Below, piece by piece: positions 1 through 11,622 of a stretch of DNA of 64,000 nucleotides. Made by a program: the position numbers and the translations under genes. Source of the stretch: an uncultured bacterium (GTDB lineage Bacteria; Verrucomicrobiota; Verrucomicrobiia; Limisphaerales; UBA8199). The first letter of the stretch is position 1. Each line of letters begins with the position of its first letter. The stretch is from contig CAVVMW010000010.1 in assembly GCA_963749495.1 (NCBI GenBank), positions 576,001 through 640,000 of the forward strand, read 5' to 3'. The notes beneath the pieces are model-generated. The model ran no database searches, was not told the origin of the DNA, and worked only from the letters and a program-made list of their open reading frames with translations.

Positions 1-1078
1 GACGACACGCTGCCCGCGGGCGCGCACTATGTAGGTTCCACCGCCAGCCAGGGCGCCGCCACGCCGAGCGGGAGCAGCGTGCACTGGGATTTCGGGGCCT
101 TGTCCAGCCATGCCTTCGCCGCCGCCACGTTGGTGATCGCGCCGTCGTCTGCCGGAACCATCACCAACACCGCGACTGCCTCTTTGGTCCCCGGCGGAGT
201 AGCGGTGTTCGATCCGAACCTGGCCAACAACACCGCAAGCATCGTAGCGACCGTCACCGCCCCGGTCGTCACCAACGTTGCGCCCCGCACAGCTCTGATC
301 GTCGGCGTCGCGAGCACACCCAGTCCCGTCACGGTCGGGAGCAACCTTCTTTACGTCGTGACGCTAACCAACACCGTGGCCGATGCCCAGGCGGTGGAGT
401 TGTCGGACACGCTGCCGCCGGGCGTGGCATTTGTCAGCGCCGCCTTTACGAACTCGCCCGGCACGCCGTTCAGCGCGCCGATTTATTCGAACAACGTCGT
501 GTCCACAACGGCTGCGCTTTTCGGCTCCAACTCCGCAGTTGCTCTGGCCATCACGGTCGCTCCCACCATCACCGGCATGCTGACCAACGTCGCCACGGTG
601 AGCAGTTCCACGCTGGACCTGGATCCCACCGGGAGCAATCATACCGCCACGGTCATCAGCAGCGTCCTGGCCCCCGCGCAGGCGGACCTGGCCTTGATCC
701 TGACCCAAAGCTCCAATTCCATTGTTCTCGGGAGCAACCTCTCTTACACGCTTCTGGTCACCAACCTCGGTCCGGCAGGCGCGCCGGACGTGGTGCTGGA
801 CGACACGCTGCCCGCCGGCGCGCGCTATGTGAGTTCCACGGCCAGCCAGGGCGCCGCCACGCCGAGCGGGAGCAGTGTGCACTGGGATTTCGGCGCCATG
901 TTCAGCCATGGCTTCGCGGTCGCCACCTTGGTGGTCGCGCCTTCCCCTGCCGGGACCATCACCAACACCGCGACTGCCACTCTGGTCCCCGCCGGAGCAG
1001 CGGTATTCGATCCGAACCTGGCCAACAACATCGCAAGCATCGTAGTGACCGTCACCGCCCCGGTCGTCACCAACGTCG
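1..1078 (+). repeat. Intragenic near-identical DNA duplication of a DUF11 module (1..~280 vs 799..~1078)
   Basis: gacgacacgctgcccgc...cactgggatttcgg...ccggtcgtcaccaacgt occurs twice, 798 bp apart. Confidence 0.9.
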
Positions 1079-1647
1079 CGGTCCAAGCGCTGGGCCCGAT
1101 CACGTTCAATCCGCAAACGGGCCTTTACCAGCAATCGGTTCTGTTCACCAACTTGAGCGGCGTGGCAGCCACAGCGGTGCGCGTTGCGGTGCCCGGCCTG
1201 CCTTCGTCGGTGGTGCTCTACAACGCATCGGGCTCGGCCAAAGGGACGCCCTATGTTGAGTATGACCAGACCATTGCCGCGGGCGGCGGCGTGGTCTTCC
1301 TGCTCGAGTACTATGCTGCCGCCCGCCAGCCCTTCGTCTCCACCAACTTCGTCGCCACGGTGGTCGCCGCCACAACCCCGCCGACGCCCAGTGGCACGAT
1401 TCTGCAACTGGACTGTCAGCCGTTCATGAGCCAGGGCCTGCTCACCATCGAGTTTGCCAGTGTGCCGGGGCACACCTACGTTGTGCAGTACAGCACCAAC
1501 GCCGCCTCGGCGCAGTGGAAGACCGCGGTGCCTCCGATCCTTGCCGCCGGCACCAAAACCCAATGGATCGATTCGGGCCCGCCCAAGACCGACAGCCCCC
1601 CTGGCCCGGTCGGCCAGCGCTTCTACCGAGTCGTCCAAACCAACTAA
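1..1647 (+). CDS. DUF11 (conserved repeat domain) Ig-like surface protein, 5' end outside window, with C-terminal FYR-type domain
   Basis: Repeated ADLA..S...V.VG.NL.Y...VTN.GP...DTLP.G motifs; ends RFYRVVQTN; open from base 1. Confidence 0.85.
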   Translation, partial: DDTLPAGAHYVGSTASQGAATPSGSSVHWDFGALSSHAFAAATLVIAPSSAGTITNTATASLVPGGVAVFDPNLANNTASIVATVTAPVVTNVAPRTALIVGVASTPSPVTVGSNLLYVVTLTNTVADAQAVELSDTLPPGVAFVSAAFTNSPGTPFSAPIYSNNVVSTTAALFGSNSAVALAITVAPTITGMLTNVATVSSSTLDLDPTGSNHTATVISSVLAPAQADLALILTQSSNSIVLGSNLSYTLLVTNLGPAGAPDVVLDDTLPAGARYVSSTASQGAATPSGSSVHWDFGAMFSHGFAVATLVVAPSPAGTITNTATATLVPAGAAVFDPNLANNIASIVVTVTAPVVTNVAVQALGPITFNPQTGLYQQSVLFTNLSGVAATAVRVAVPGLPSSVVLYNASGSAKGTPYVEYDQTIAAGGGVVFLLEYYAAARQPFVSTNFVATVVAATTPPTPSGTILQLDCQPFMSQGLLTIEFASVPGHTYVVQYSTNAASAQWKTAVPPILAAGTKTQWIDSGPPKTDSPPGPVGQRFYRVVQTN

Positions 1648-1671
1648 ACCAACCCCAAACGCCCCGCCAAC

Positions 1672-2676
1672 ATGCCTCCACCAGCTGCTTATCTGCGCGC
1701 CATTGCCCTAGCCGGGATGTCCGCGGCAGTCCCTCTCTCCGCTCTGGCACAGGAGGAGTCCACGCCGGACTGGAACCATTTCGGCCTGGACGCCCGGCTA
1801 GGCTTCAATATCGGAGTCAAATTTAGGAACGCCGCCACGGCCACTGTCCCGCCCCCGCCCTCGGCCGGCTCCGCGGTGAACCGCTCCTACTCGGACGGCT
1901 TCGTCAAGGTCGACAGCAGCGGCAACGCGGGGGGCCAGACCTGGAACTGGGGCTACCAGAACGCCTCGCAGGTGTTGGGCGACTCGCTCCTGATGCACGC
2001 GGCCTCCGTTTCGGCCGCGGCGGGCGAGGGCCGCAACGACGGCCCCAATCCGGGCTTCCAGCTCAGCTATGTCCGCGATCTGGGCCATGAGAGTTGGGGC
2101 CGATGGGGCATCAAAGCCGCCTTTGGCTGGACCGACATTCAAGTGAACAGCAGCGGTCCGATGACGGCGAGCGCGCAGGTCATCACGGACACTTATCCAC
2201 TGCACGGAGTAGTCCCGCCCAGGGCGCCCTATGCCGGCAGCTTCGGCGGCCCGGGCCCGGTCCTCGGCAGCACCCCAACCCGCTCGATCGCGCCAGGCAC
2301 CGCGGCCATCACCGGCAGCCGGAGCGTGGACGCGACCCTGTACGACTTTCGAGTGGGACCGACGGTTGAGCTGGGCATCACCAAGGCCCTGTCGGCCCAA
2401 CTGGGCGGCGGCCTGGCGTTCGGCGTGGTGGACAGCGCCTTCGCCTTCAACGACACCTCCACGCCGTCCGTGGGCGCCACCAGCAACGCCGGTTGCCAGG
2501 TCGGCGCTTACGCGGAAGCCGGTCTGGCTTACCGGGTGTGCCGTGCCGCCTCGCTCTTTGCGGGTGCGCAATTCCAGTACCTGGGCGATTTCACGCAAAA
2601 CGTTGCCGGCCATAGCGCCCAGCTCGATCTCAGCCAGTCCGTTTTCCTGGTCCTGGGCTTCGAGTTTCACTTCTGA
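1672..2676 (+). CDS. Outer-membrane beta-barrel protein
   Basis: Signal peptide, amphipathic Gly/aromatic strands, terminal VLGFEFHF (BAM-type C-terminal Phe). Confidence 0.75.
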   Translation: MPPPAAYLRAIALAGMSAAVPLSALAQEESTPDWNHFGLDARLGFNIGVKFRNAATATVPPPPSAGSAVNRSYSDGFVKVDSSGNAGGQTWNWGYQNASQVLGDSLLMHAASVSAAAGEGRNDGPNPGFQLSYVRDLGHESWGRWGIKAAFGWTDIQVNSSGPMTASAQVITDTYPLHGVVPPRAPYAGSFGGPGPVLGSTPTRSIAPGTAAITGSRSVDATLYDFRVGPTVELGITKALSAQLGGGLAFGVVDSAFAFNDTSTPSVGATSNAGCQVGAYAEAGLAYRVCRAASLFAGAQFQYLGDFTQNVAGHSAQLDLSQSVFLVLGFEFHF

Positions 2677-2704
2677 TCCCAATCTCTGAACCAACCGATT
2701 CTCT

Positions 2705-5700
2705 ATGAAAATTCACTTTTCGCTGCTGATGGCTCTTGCGCTCGCGGCCATGGAATGTCCCGCCGCAGGCCCGTGGCCGCCCATTATCCCGCTCATTCCC
2801 CCCCATATCAACCTCGTACCGTACTCCTGGACCACCATCGCCGGGTTGTGTGAACTCGACATGCCTATTGACGTGTTCTGGGCGGATGGAACGAACAGTG
2901 ATGCCCGGTTTAACCTGCCTGCTGCCCTGGCGGTGGATCCGCTGGGCAACATCTACGTCGCGGATCAAAACAACTCCGTCATCCGCAAAATGATGCCGTC
3001 GGGCACGAACTGGGTGGTGACGACACCGGCCGGACAGCCCGGCTTACCCGGAACCAACGATGGGGTCGGGAACGCGGCGCTGTTTAATGGTCCCACGGGC
3101 ATCGCGGTGGACAAGGATGGCAATGTCTATGTGGCTGACAGCGGGAACAACACCATCCGCCGAATGACGCTGGACGGGATGGTGACGACGATCGCAGGCA
3201 ATGTCTCGTACAAGAATGACGTTGGCGAGCTCAGCGGTGGCTACCAGGACGGCGCAGGCCCCGTCGCGCGGTTTGGTTTCCCGATGGGCGTGGCGGTGGA
3301 CAACTCGGGTAACGTCTATGTGGGCGACACTGTTAACTGCCTAATCCGGAAAATCACACCCACGCCGGGGCCGGGTGGAATCACTTGGCAGGTCTCGACG
3401 CTTGCGGGAGCCCCGAAGACGGAGGGCAAGGATAACAGTGGCTTCGCAGACGGCAAGGGGAGCGTTGCGTCGTTTAATAATCCCCAAGGCGTGGCAGTGG
3501 ATAGCGCAGGCAATATCTATGTGGCGGACTCCTGGAACTGGGCGATCCGGAAAATAACCCCCGACGGAACGGTGAGCACGCTCGCGGGAGGGTGCCCCTG
3601 GCCGGGCGCTCCAGGGGTCGTAACGGAGGCGTACAATGACGAGTTCTGGACGAATCACATTCTCTACGGGCACTCGGACGGGATTGGTGGCGCAGCGGAG
3701 TTCATGTATCCTACGGGTGTGGCCGTCGATGGCACGGGGAACGTCTTTGTGGCGGATTCGTGGAACAGCGAGATCCGCAAAGTGACACCCGATGGCATGT
3801 CTGCGACCCTGGGCGGGGTGCCTTCGTTTACGTGTGTCGGTTCCGGTTATGACCCCTGCGGTGGCGGTTACGCGAATGGGGTGGGCACCAATGCTTTGTT
3901 TGGTGTCCCTCTGGGCTTGGCCGTGGACACCGATGGTGACCTTTATGTGGCCGACACACTCAATTTCGTGATTCGCAAGGGAGAGTCGGCACAGGTCCAG
4001 GTGGTTGCGCTGGAGGTGACCCAGGTCATTCAGGACTGGAGCAACAGCATCCCGCTCATCGAAGGCAAAACAACCTGCGTGCGGGCGCACCTGCAATTGA
4101 AGCCTAACGCCCCCGGACCAGTCAAGGTTTCCGGCGCGAAGCTCTATGGCATCGGGCCGGACGGTGCGCTGCCCGGGTCCCCGACTGACCCGATCAATTT
4201 CCCGGACGGCTCCCTGACGGTGCAGACCCACAACGCCGCTGACCCGGCCGTGCGGGGAACCTTTGCCCAGAGCTTGAACTTTCGCCTGCCAAAGGAGTGG
4301 CTTAGCGGCTCGATCACGCTGCAGTTGGCCTGGCCCGGCGGCCTGGACCCGGTCAACGTGGTCCCCAGCGACTGCACGGCGCAAGTGACGTTCTTTCCCG
4401 TGGCGGTCCCGCAGGTCAAGTTCTTCGCCGTGGACTGGACCGATGCGGGCGGCCTCCATTGGAACGTCGGCACGAACCTCACCGACTTGCCACGGCGCGT
4501 TCTGTCCTGCTTTCCTGTGGCGAGCATCGACGCAACGTTTGGAACCTTGCCTTGGTCGTCCAGGAGCCAGCCGTCCGTGGAGGCGGTGAATACGAAGCTG
4601 GCCAGCATGCGCTTTTGGGATTGGCTCTGGCGCGGGGCGAACACGATTTACCACGGCGCCATTAACGCCAACAACACCGACGGTCTGGCCGCCAGCAGCC
4701 CCGGATCCGTTTCCTCGGGAAACGTGTTGGACAGCCCTTACGGGAATGGACGGCAGACGACCTCGCACGAGCTTGGCCACGACCTCGGAGTGCCGCACGA
4801 CGTCAGCGCCGAGATCTTTGGGTATGCTGGGAATGGAGAGGCATACGCCCAGGGCGCATGCGGCGGCATATTGGGCCCGGCAACCTACGCCTACCCGCTT
4901 TTCCAACCCTTCGCAGCGTATGATCTGGTTGAACGGATCGCCCCTGGGGATGCCGACGCTGGGTCCCATGACCAGTGGCAGCAACTGCTTCATCTACGGA
5001 CTGGATACTCTGGCCATGCGGGTTCCGGGCTTGGAACCGGTTCTGTCGCCGACCAATTATGCGAACAGCTCCGGCACCAATTGGTACTTCGATCTGATGA
5101 GCTATTGCCGCAGCAGGGGTCCCGAAGATCGCTGGCCCTCGTCCGTCACCTACCTCAACTTGTATGCGGGCCTCTGGCTGATGTTCGGCCACCCGGATGT
5201 CGTAGCCAAAGGCCACCCACGGCCCAAAGGCGGTCCCGGCCAGCAGAATTACCTGCTCGTGCGAGGCACGGTGGACTTTAACGCCGGGATCGTCCAGTTT
5301 CTGCCGTGCCTGGCGCTCACCACCACCAACGAGCCGCCCGTGCCACCGCCCGGCACCAACTTTGTCGTTCAGGCGCTCGACGCCTCCGGGACCGTCCTTC
5401 AGGCCATCGGGTTTGAGCTCTTCACCAGCATCGTCGAGGAGGCCAGTACCAACCAGACCTCTGATTTCATCGTGCCCTTCACCGCGGATCCTCGCATCCG
5501 CACGCTTCAGTTCTGCTACCAAGGCACGGTGCTGACCTCGTTGACCGCCAGCCCCCATCCGCCCACGATCACGCTGACCACGCCCAACGGCGGGCAGAAC
5601 TTCGCCACCGGCGCCGTCAGCATCGCCTGGTCCGCCAACGATGTGGACGGGGATCCGTTGACCTACACTGTGGAATACAGCACGGACAACGGGGGGACGT

Positions 5701-6356
5701 GGGAGATGCTCGCCGTGGACTGGACCGAACAGAGCCTCGAGCTCGACAGTGCGCAGTTGGCCGCGACCAAGAACGCGTTGGTGCGGGTCACCGCCTGCGA
5801 TGGTTTCAACACGGCCAGCGCCACCTCCGCCGCGGCCTTCACCGTCCAACCTCACCCACCGTCGGTGACCATCGACGCGCCGGCCGACGGTTCCGTTTTC
5901 AGCGGGCACATGCAGTTGTTCCTCGACGCCACGGTTCTCGACATGCAGGACGGTGCGCTTGACGGCACCAATGTGGTATGGTCTTCCGACCGTGACGGAG
6001 CGCTGGGGGCTGGCTCGGTCGTGACCTTCCCTGTCACCACGTTGAGCCAGGGCCTCCACACCATCACCCTCACGGCAACCGACAGCGCGGGTCTGACTGG
6101 CAGCGCGGTAACGCACCTCTGGGTCCTGAGTTCCTCGGTGCCGCGACTCAGCATTCAGGTGACCCAGGGACATTCCTACGCGACCGTCTCGTGGCCGGCC
6201 ATCTTTACCAACTATGTCCTGCAAAGCAGCGCCAGCCTGGTGTCTGGCTGGGCCGCCCTCACCAACAATCCGCCCGTGGTTAATGGTTCTCAGCAAACAG
6301 TCACCGTGCCTATCTCACGGGGCAACTCGTTCTTCCGCCTCCTGCAACAGCCATAG
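2705..6356 (+). CDS. Secreted NHL-repeat protein with HExxH metallopeptidase and Ig-like domains; frameshift near 4910
   Basis: P.G.AVD..GN.YVAD repeats; TSHELGHDLG; ORFs 2705..5281 and 4746..6356 join into one protein ending NSFFRLLQQP. Confidence 0.8.
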
Positions 6357-6386
6357 GGTCGGCTTAGGAAAACTCACAACCGTTGT

Positions 6387-7787
6387 TTGATACTGGCTCT
6401 GGCCCTGACGGCAACTCACTGTCCAGCCCAATCCGTCATTTTGCCCTATACTTTCACGACCCTGGCGGGTGCGCTGGAAATCGATGGCATGGGGGGCTAT
6501 GCGGATGGAACCAATGCCAGCGCCCAATTTGATTATCCCGAAGGCGTCGCGGTGGATCGAGCGGGCAACCTCTATGTGGCGGACTACAACAACCATTGCG
6601 TGCGCAAGGTGGACACCAACGGCATCATCACAACGGTCGTGGGCAACCGAACGGAAGGACACACGCCGCCTACTTTCACCGGGCAGGCGACCAACACCCA
6701 AATCGCGGCCCCTTATGCCCTGGCCATCAACTCCAACGGGAACCTCTTCCTTTCTGACTCGCACTTCAATCAGGTCCTCAGGGTGAACGCCAATGGCCTC
6801 GTCAACACGCTGGCAGGCCCCGGCACGACCCTAAACCTCCTGTCCGCTCCCGATGGCCTTGCCTGCGATGGCGCCAACAATCTTTATATCGCCGACCGCA
6901 ACAACAACTGCATCCGCAAGATAGGTGTCAATGGGAACATCACCACCGTGGCGGGCGGGGGCAGTTCATTGGCGGACGGCGTCCTGGCGACGAACGCCCG
7001 GGTATTCGCCCCTGAGGCGGTGGCGGTTGACGCCAACGGCAATCTCTATATCTCCATTGACGGCCAGTCCGTGGTGCGCAAGGTGGACACCTCCGGGGTC
7101 ATCACCACCGTCGCAGGCAATGGTTCCTTCGGTTTTTCGGGCGACGGCCGGGCCGCCACGAGTGCCGCTCTGAACTATCCCGCCGGACTCGTTGTCGATG
7201 CCGCCGGCAATCTGTTCATCGCCGACACCGCCAACAACCGCGTCCGTCGCGTGGACACCAACAGCATCATCGCCACGGTGGCGGGCACGGGCGTGGCCGG
7301 CTATTTCGGGGACGGCGGCCAGGCCGTGGACGCCTGGCTCAACAGCCCGGACGGCCTCGCCCTCGACCCGGCAGGCAGCCTTTATGTGGCTGACACGGCC
7401 AACAACCGCGTCCGCAAGGTCCTCCTCACCGGCTCGCCGACGCTCGTCCTGGACAATGCCAGCGCTGCCAATGCCGGCAGTTACCAGGTCATTGTCAGCA
7501 ACCCCTGGGCCAGCCTCACCAGCAGCGTCGCGGCTCTGACCGTGAGCGGGACCTCAGCGCCCATTGTCATCCAGGGCGTCGTGCGGCATTCCGACGGCAG
7601 CTTTGACCTCACCGGGACGGGAAGTCCGGGCGCACGTTATGTGCTGAACATGGCCAGCAACCTGGCGCCCCCCGTCACTTGGGTTGGTGTTATCACCAAT
7701 ACCTCGACCGCCGCGGGGGAATGGCAATTCACCGCCATCAAGCCCACGGGCTCTCGGAGCACCTTTTTCCGCGTGTCCGGGCCGTAG
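6387..7787 (+). CDS. NHL-repeat (teneurin-like) protein with Ig domain and C-terminal FFR domain
   Basis: Multiple NHL repeats, GFSGDG..A motif, NAGSYQVIVSN Ig motif, ends STFFRVSGP; start uncertain. Confidence 0.85.
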   Translation: MILALALTATHCPAQSVILPYTFTTLAGALEIDGMGGYADGTNASAQFDYPEGVAVDRAGNLYVADYNNHCVRKVDTNGIITTVVGNRTEGHTPPTFTGQATNTQIAAPYALAINSNGNLFLSDSHFNQVLRVNANGLVNTLAGPGTTLNLLSAPDGLACDGANNLYIADRNNNCIRKIGVNGNITTVAGGGSSLADGVLATNARVFAPEAVAVDANGNLYISIDGQSVVRKVDTSGVITTVAGNGSFGFSGDGRAATSAALNYPAGLVVDAAGNLFIADTANNRVRRVDTNSIIATVAGTGVAGYFGDGGQAVDAWLNSPDGLALDPAGSLYVADTANNRVRKVLLTGSPTLVLDNASAANAGSYQVIVSNPWASLTSSVAALTVSGTSAPIVIQGVVRHSDGSFDLTGTGSPGARYVLNMASNLAPPVTWVGVITNTSTAAGEWQFTAIKPTGSRSTFFRVSGP

Positions 7788-8365
7788 CGGCGTTCAGTTC
7801 CGCAGTCGAAAAAACTGGGCCTTGGCCAGCGGGGGCTATTGGTGTAGGGGGCTGGTCCCGCCGGTCACGTCCTGGTGGGGGCCGGCGGGCTCAGGGCCGA
7901 TTGCAGGATGAAAGGACCGGACCAGGTCACCCGCGTAGCGTCAAAGCCGGCCGCACGGCAAAAAACCAAATTCCTATCAGTTATACAAGTAATTTCGGCA
8001 TACGGAGAATAGAAGATAATGTCTTGTTCTTTTGCCGCCCAGCTTCGTTGTTCACTCGTTGCAGATCACTGGATATGCGCCTCGTTCACGCCTCGCTGGG
8101 CGCCAAAATCCCGGCGGCATCTTGCCACCTTTATTTATTTCCACCGCCTAACCGCAACGCGCCCGTTCAGATCAGGGCGCCCAATCATCTCCAGACGGCA
8201 TGCCCGCCCGGTTCGCAAAGAAAAGCCGGAACCATCCCGCGTGTTCGCTTCTGAACCGTGGTGAAGGGCATCAACCCCTTCTGAACCGAACGATGAACAC
8301 TGGCCCCGCGCGGCGGACCAGGACAGGCGGGCGCGGGGCGCCGACGACGAAACGAACAGACACCT

Positions 8366-9966
8366 ATGAAATCGAAGAAAAAGCTCAGCCTCATCACCAG
8401 GATCGCACTGATGGTTCTGGTCGTTCACCCTTGCGCCAGGTCGGTTCATGCCGGCGTGGCGGTCAGGATTGGACAAAACTTCACGGGCAGCAGCAGTTCG
8501 TTCGCCGCGCCTCCGATGGCAAGCGGCGCCGCGAGCGCAGATTACTTTGTCGAGTTCAACATCAACCAGTTCGCGGTCCACAGCAAGGCTGATGGAGCCG
8601 TGCTGCAAAACTTGAACTGGCAGGATTTCTGGAAGCAGGCCGGGGTAACAATCCCCGCTGCGTATGGTCAATATGAAGAGCGCGTGATATATGATCCAAC
8701 CGTCCAGCGATGGTTCGTGGCGGAAGATGTCGCGGATGGCAATAACCCCACAACGACGTATCATTTCCTGCTGGCGGTTTCGGCCACGGCAGATCCTTCG
8801 GGAGCTTGGAATGGAGCGTCCATTTCCGGCGATCCCGGAGGCGACAATTATGCCGGTTGGGTGAATATGGGCCTCGACGCCCAGGGTTTCTATCTTTCGG
8901 CTGTGGTGGTCACGTCCGCCGGCTCCTCCGTTGGTTGCACGCTGTTGTCTTTTCCGAAGGCCGATCTTTTGTTGATTCCCCCCATCATCACCAATCGGAC
9001 CTGGTTTGGAACCCTGAGCGCCACGACTTATGGCTACAACATTAAGCCGGCGGTCTGTATCGATGGCAGCGCGGGCGGCGATGTGCTGGCGACAACGGGC
9101 AGGGGCATCACGGGCGATAACAACAGCGGCTTGTTCGCCTTTGCCGTTCAGAATGCCGGCGGTCCTGGCCCTGCCACCCTAAGCAGCCCTAAAGTCCTGC
9201 CGGTGCCAGCTTATGCTGCGGCCCAACAAGCGATGCAGCCTGACGGTTCCAGCAAGCTGAAGATCTGGAACGCCGCATTCACCGCCAACGCCTACTGTGT
9301 CGGCCGCCGTCTTTTTGCCACCGATTCCGTCGAGGCCGGCGATCACGCGGCCATCCGCTGGTATCGCGTCAGCGCGGCCAATCACACGCTGTTGGAATCG
9401 GGCACGATCTCTGACCCGGGCCTTGACTTGTATTATCCTTCCATCGCCGCCGGCACCAATGGCACGGTCGTGGCTGCCTTTAACGGGTCGGGCACCAATG
9501 CCTACGTGAGCAGCTACGCCGCGGTTGGGCAAACGGCCAATGGGGTGACGACCTTCGGGAATGTGCTGTTGCTGGCACCCGGGTTGGCGAGCTATCAAAA
9601 CCTGGATCCCAACACTGGCGTTGACTTTTGGGGCTACTACAGTACGACTAGTGTGGACCCAACTGACCCGAATGGCTTCTGGGCCATCAACACGTTTGCC
9701 GCCGGCCCACCACCTGGTCCACGCAAATCACTCAGCTACTGACCAGCCCCAGCCCGCAGCTTGCCATCGCCAAAGCCGGCGCCAACCTGCTCCTCTCCTG
9801 GCCCGTGACGGCGGTGCCCTTTCAACTTCAATCCGCCGGGAACATTCCCGCCAGCAGTTCCTGGTCGCCTGTGAACCGGATCGCCGCCACCAACGGCAGC
9901 ACGGTTTCCGTCCTCGTTCCGGCTCCGACCGCGTCAACCTTCTTCCGTCTGGCCCAGGCCCAGTGA
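8366..9966 (+). CDS. Secreted hypothetical protein, frameshift near 9710, C-terminal FFR domain
   Basis: Signal peptide; the shifted frame continues TWSTQITQLL...LSWP...STFFRLAQAQ* with stop at 9964-9966. Confidence 0.75.
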
Positions 9967-10276
9967 GGTCGAAGCACCATCATTGGCCCGGCGCCGCGGG
10001 CCCGCGCGAGTTGCACTTTGGGCAATTCTGGTGTCCAATATGAGTAGTTCCCCGAGATGATGTGCGCCTCCCCGTAGCGGGAGGCGAGGGCCGGGGAAAT
10101 GATTGACGGGTTCGGCGCCGGAACAAGTGACTCAGATCCTCGATGCTTGGTCCAACTGCTCCTTGGGCCGCTCCAGGCCGAGGTCCACATCGCTGTTGAC
10201 TCGCCCGATGGAGCCGACGCAAAGCGAGACTCCACTCGGAATTTTGAACTTGTGATCCGCAGCCAAATCTCGCACG

Positions 10277-10999
10277 ATGAGTCAAGCACACCATGAAAAT
10301 ATGGCAATCCTACCGTGGAAGCGAATACTGGTCGCTCTCGTCATCGGCATAGGCACCCTCGTCGGTGGAACCTGGTTGTTGAGCCGGACCTTGGCACAGC
10401 GGGAGGTATCCTGTCAGGGGAAGCCCCTGGAGGACTGGCTCGAACAGTTGAACGGTCAGGATGCCGCTGCCAGTAACCGTGCGGCCGTTGTCGTGCGCAC
10501 TATGATCATCCCGCAGCTCACGGAGCAGATGCTTCACGATACCAGCGATTCGAGTTTGCGGATAGGGCTCATCGAGAAACTTAACACCCTGCCCGGGGTG
10601 GATATACAGTTTGCGACTGCGCCGTTCCGCCGCGCCGCCGCCGCCAGATGGTTGGGAGAAATCGGGCCACCGGCCAAGGCGGCGGTTTCAGCCCTTCTTC
10701 AAGTCCTCAAAGGAACCGACGAAACGGTGCGCGTTAAGGCGGCCGAGGCTTTGGGTCGCATCCACAGCGATCCCGAGATAGTTATCCCGGCACTGCTCAC
10801 CTGCCTTAGCGACCCGAAGAGCGACCTGCGCACTGCGGCAACCGAGGCCTTGGCGGGCTGGGGCAAGCAATCCCAGGCTGCCGTGCCGCGGCTGATCCAG
10901 TTGCTCGACGATCGCAGCGACCGGGATTTGATGGCAGCCGTTCCGAAGGCGCTCAAGAAGATCGATCCGGAGGCCGCAGCCAAAGCAGCGGTGAAGTAG
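10277..10999 (+). CDS. Membrane-anchored HEAT-repeat protein
   Basis: N-terminal TM; LGEIGPPAKAAV..L...L.....VR..AAEALG repeats. Confidence 0.85.
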   Translation: MSQAHHENMAILPWKRILVALVIGIGTLVGGTWLLSRTLAQREVSCQGKPLEDWLEQLNGQDAAASNRAAVVVRTMIIPQLTEQMLHDTSDSSLRIGLIEKLNTLPGVDIQFATAPFRRAAAARWLGEIGPPAKAAVSALLQVLKGTDETVRVKAAEALGRIHSDPEIVIPALLTCLSDPKSDLRTAATEALAGWGKQSQAAVPRLIQLLDDRSDRDLMAAVPKALKKIDPEAAAKAAVK

Positions 11000-11080
11000 G
11001 GCGCAGGTTGCAGCGAAAAAGGACAAGGGCCCCGGAGTCGCCTCCCAGCCCCGAGCTTTCGACCAACGGCGCCGGGCATC

Positions 11081-11481
11081 GCGCTCATCCGGAAAGTTCC
11101 TGTCTGGAGTGATGAAGGCCAAGGCGTCTGAGGACCAATACTGGGCGTGCCGCGACCCGGCGTCACCGCGTAGCGGTGCCTGAAGGTAGCCGTGGACTTC
11201 CAGTCCACGGAATCAAGCCCCAAGCTCACCTGCGTCGCGTAGCGACGCTTGAGAACAGGATTCGATTTGGCCAGCGCCAGGCCCTCAGGCGTCGCTACGC
11301 GACGCGCGGCCATTCCCACGCCCCAAACCGTGGACCGAGGTCCACGGCTACCTTCAGCGCGTCGCTACGCGACGCAGGCGCTATGCTGGTGACTCCGAGG
11401 AGGCGGCCGCGAGGTGGAAGATGCGGTCACGCGATGAAGGCGGCACACCTATTTGCGGGCAGGAACTTTCCGGAAGAGCGC
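11081..11481. mobile_element. MITE-like element with ~21-bp terminal inverted repeats enclosing REP-like palindromes (copy 1)
   Basis: gcgctcatccggaaagttcctg / caggaactttccggaagagcgc; internal gtagccgtggacttccagtccacgg and gcgtcgctacgcgacgc; inverted copy at 33851..34175. Confidence 0.85.
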
Positions 11482-11482
11482 G

Positions 11483-11530
11483 TTTCTTTGTGATCTCTGC
11501 GCTCTTCGCGGTTAATTTTGCCACCGGCTC
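11483..11530. repeat. Right half of the small palindromic MITE seen intact at 13145..13255
   Basis: tttctttgtg...gcggttaattttgccaccggctc-tta matches ~13208..13258. Confidence 0.75.
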
Positions 11531-11622
11531 TTAGACGAGCCTTGGAAAACCTGCTGCTTCGATGGGCCAATAACTTCGCCGGATTTGACGGCTACGCAGT
11601 TTGTCTTATCTTGAGAGCCGCA

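Noticed and set aside
7790..8360. Riboswitch or ncRNA in the long intergenic region
   Set aside because: Only short hairpins and a cttctgaaccg direct repeat; no recognisable consensus
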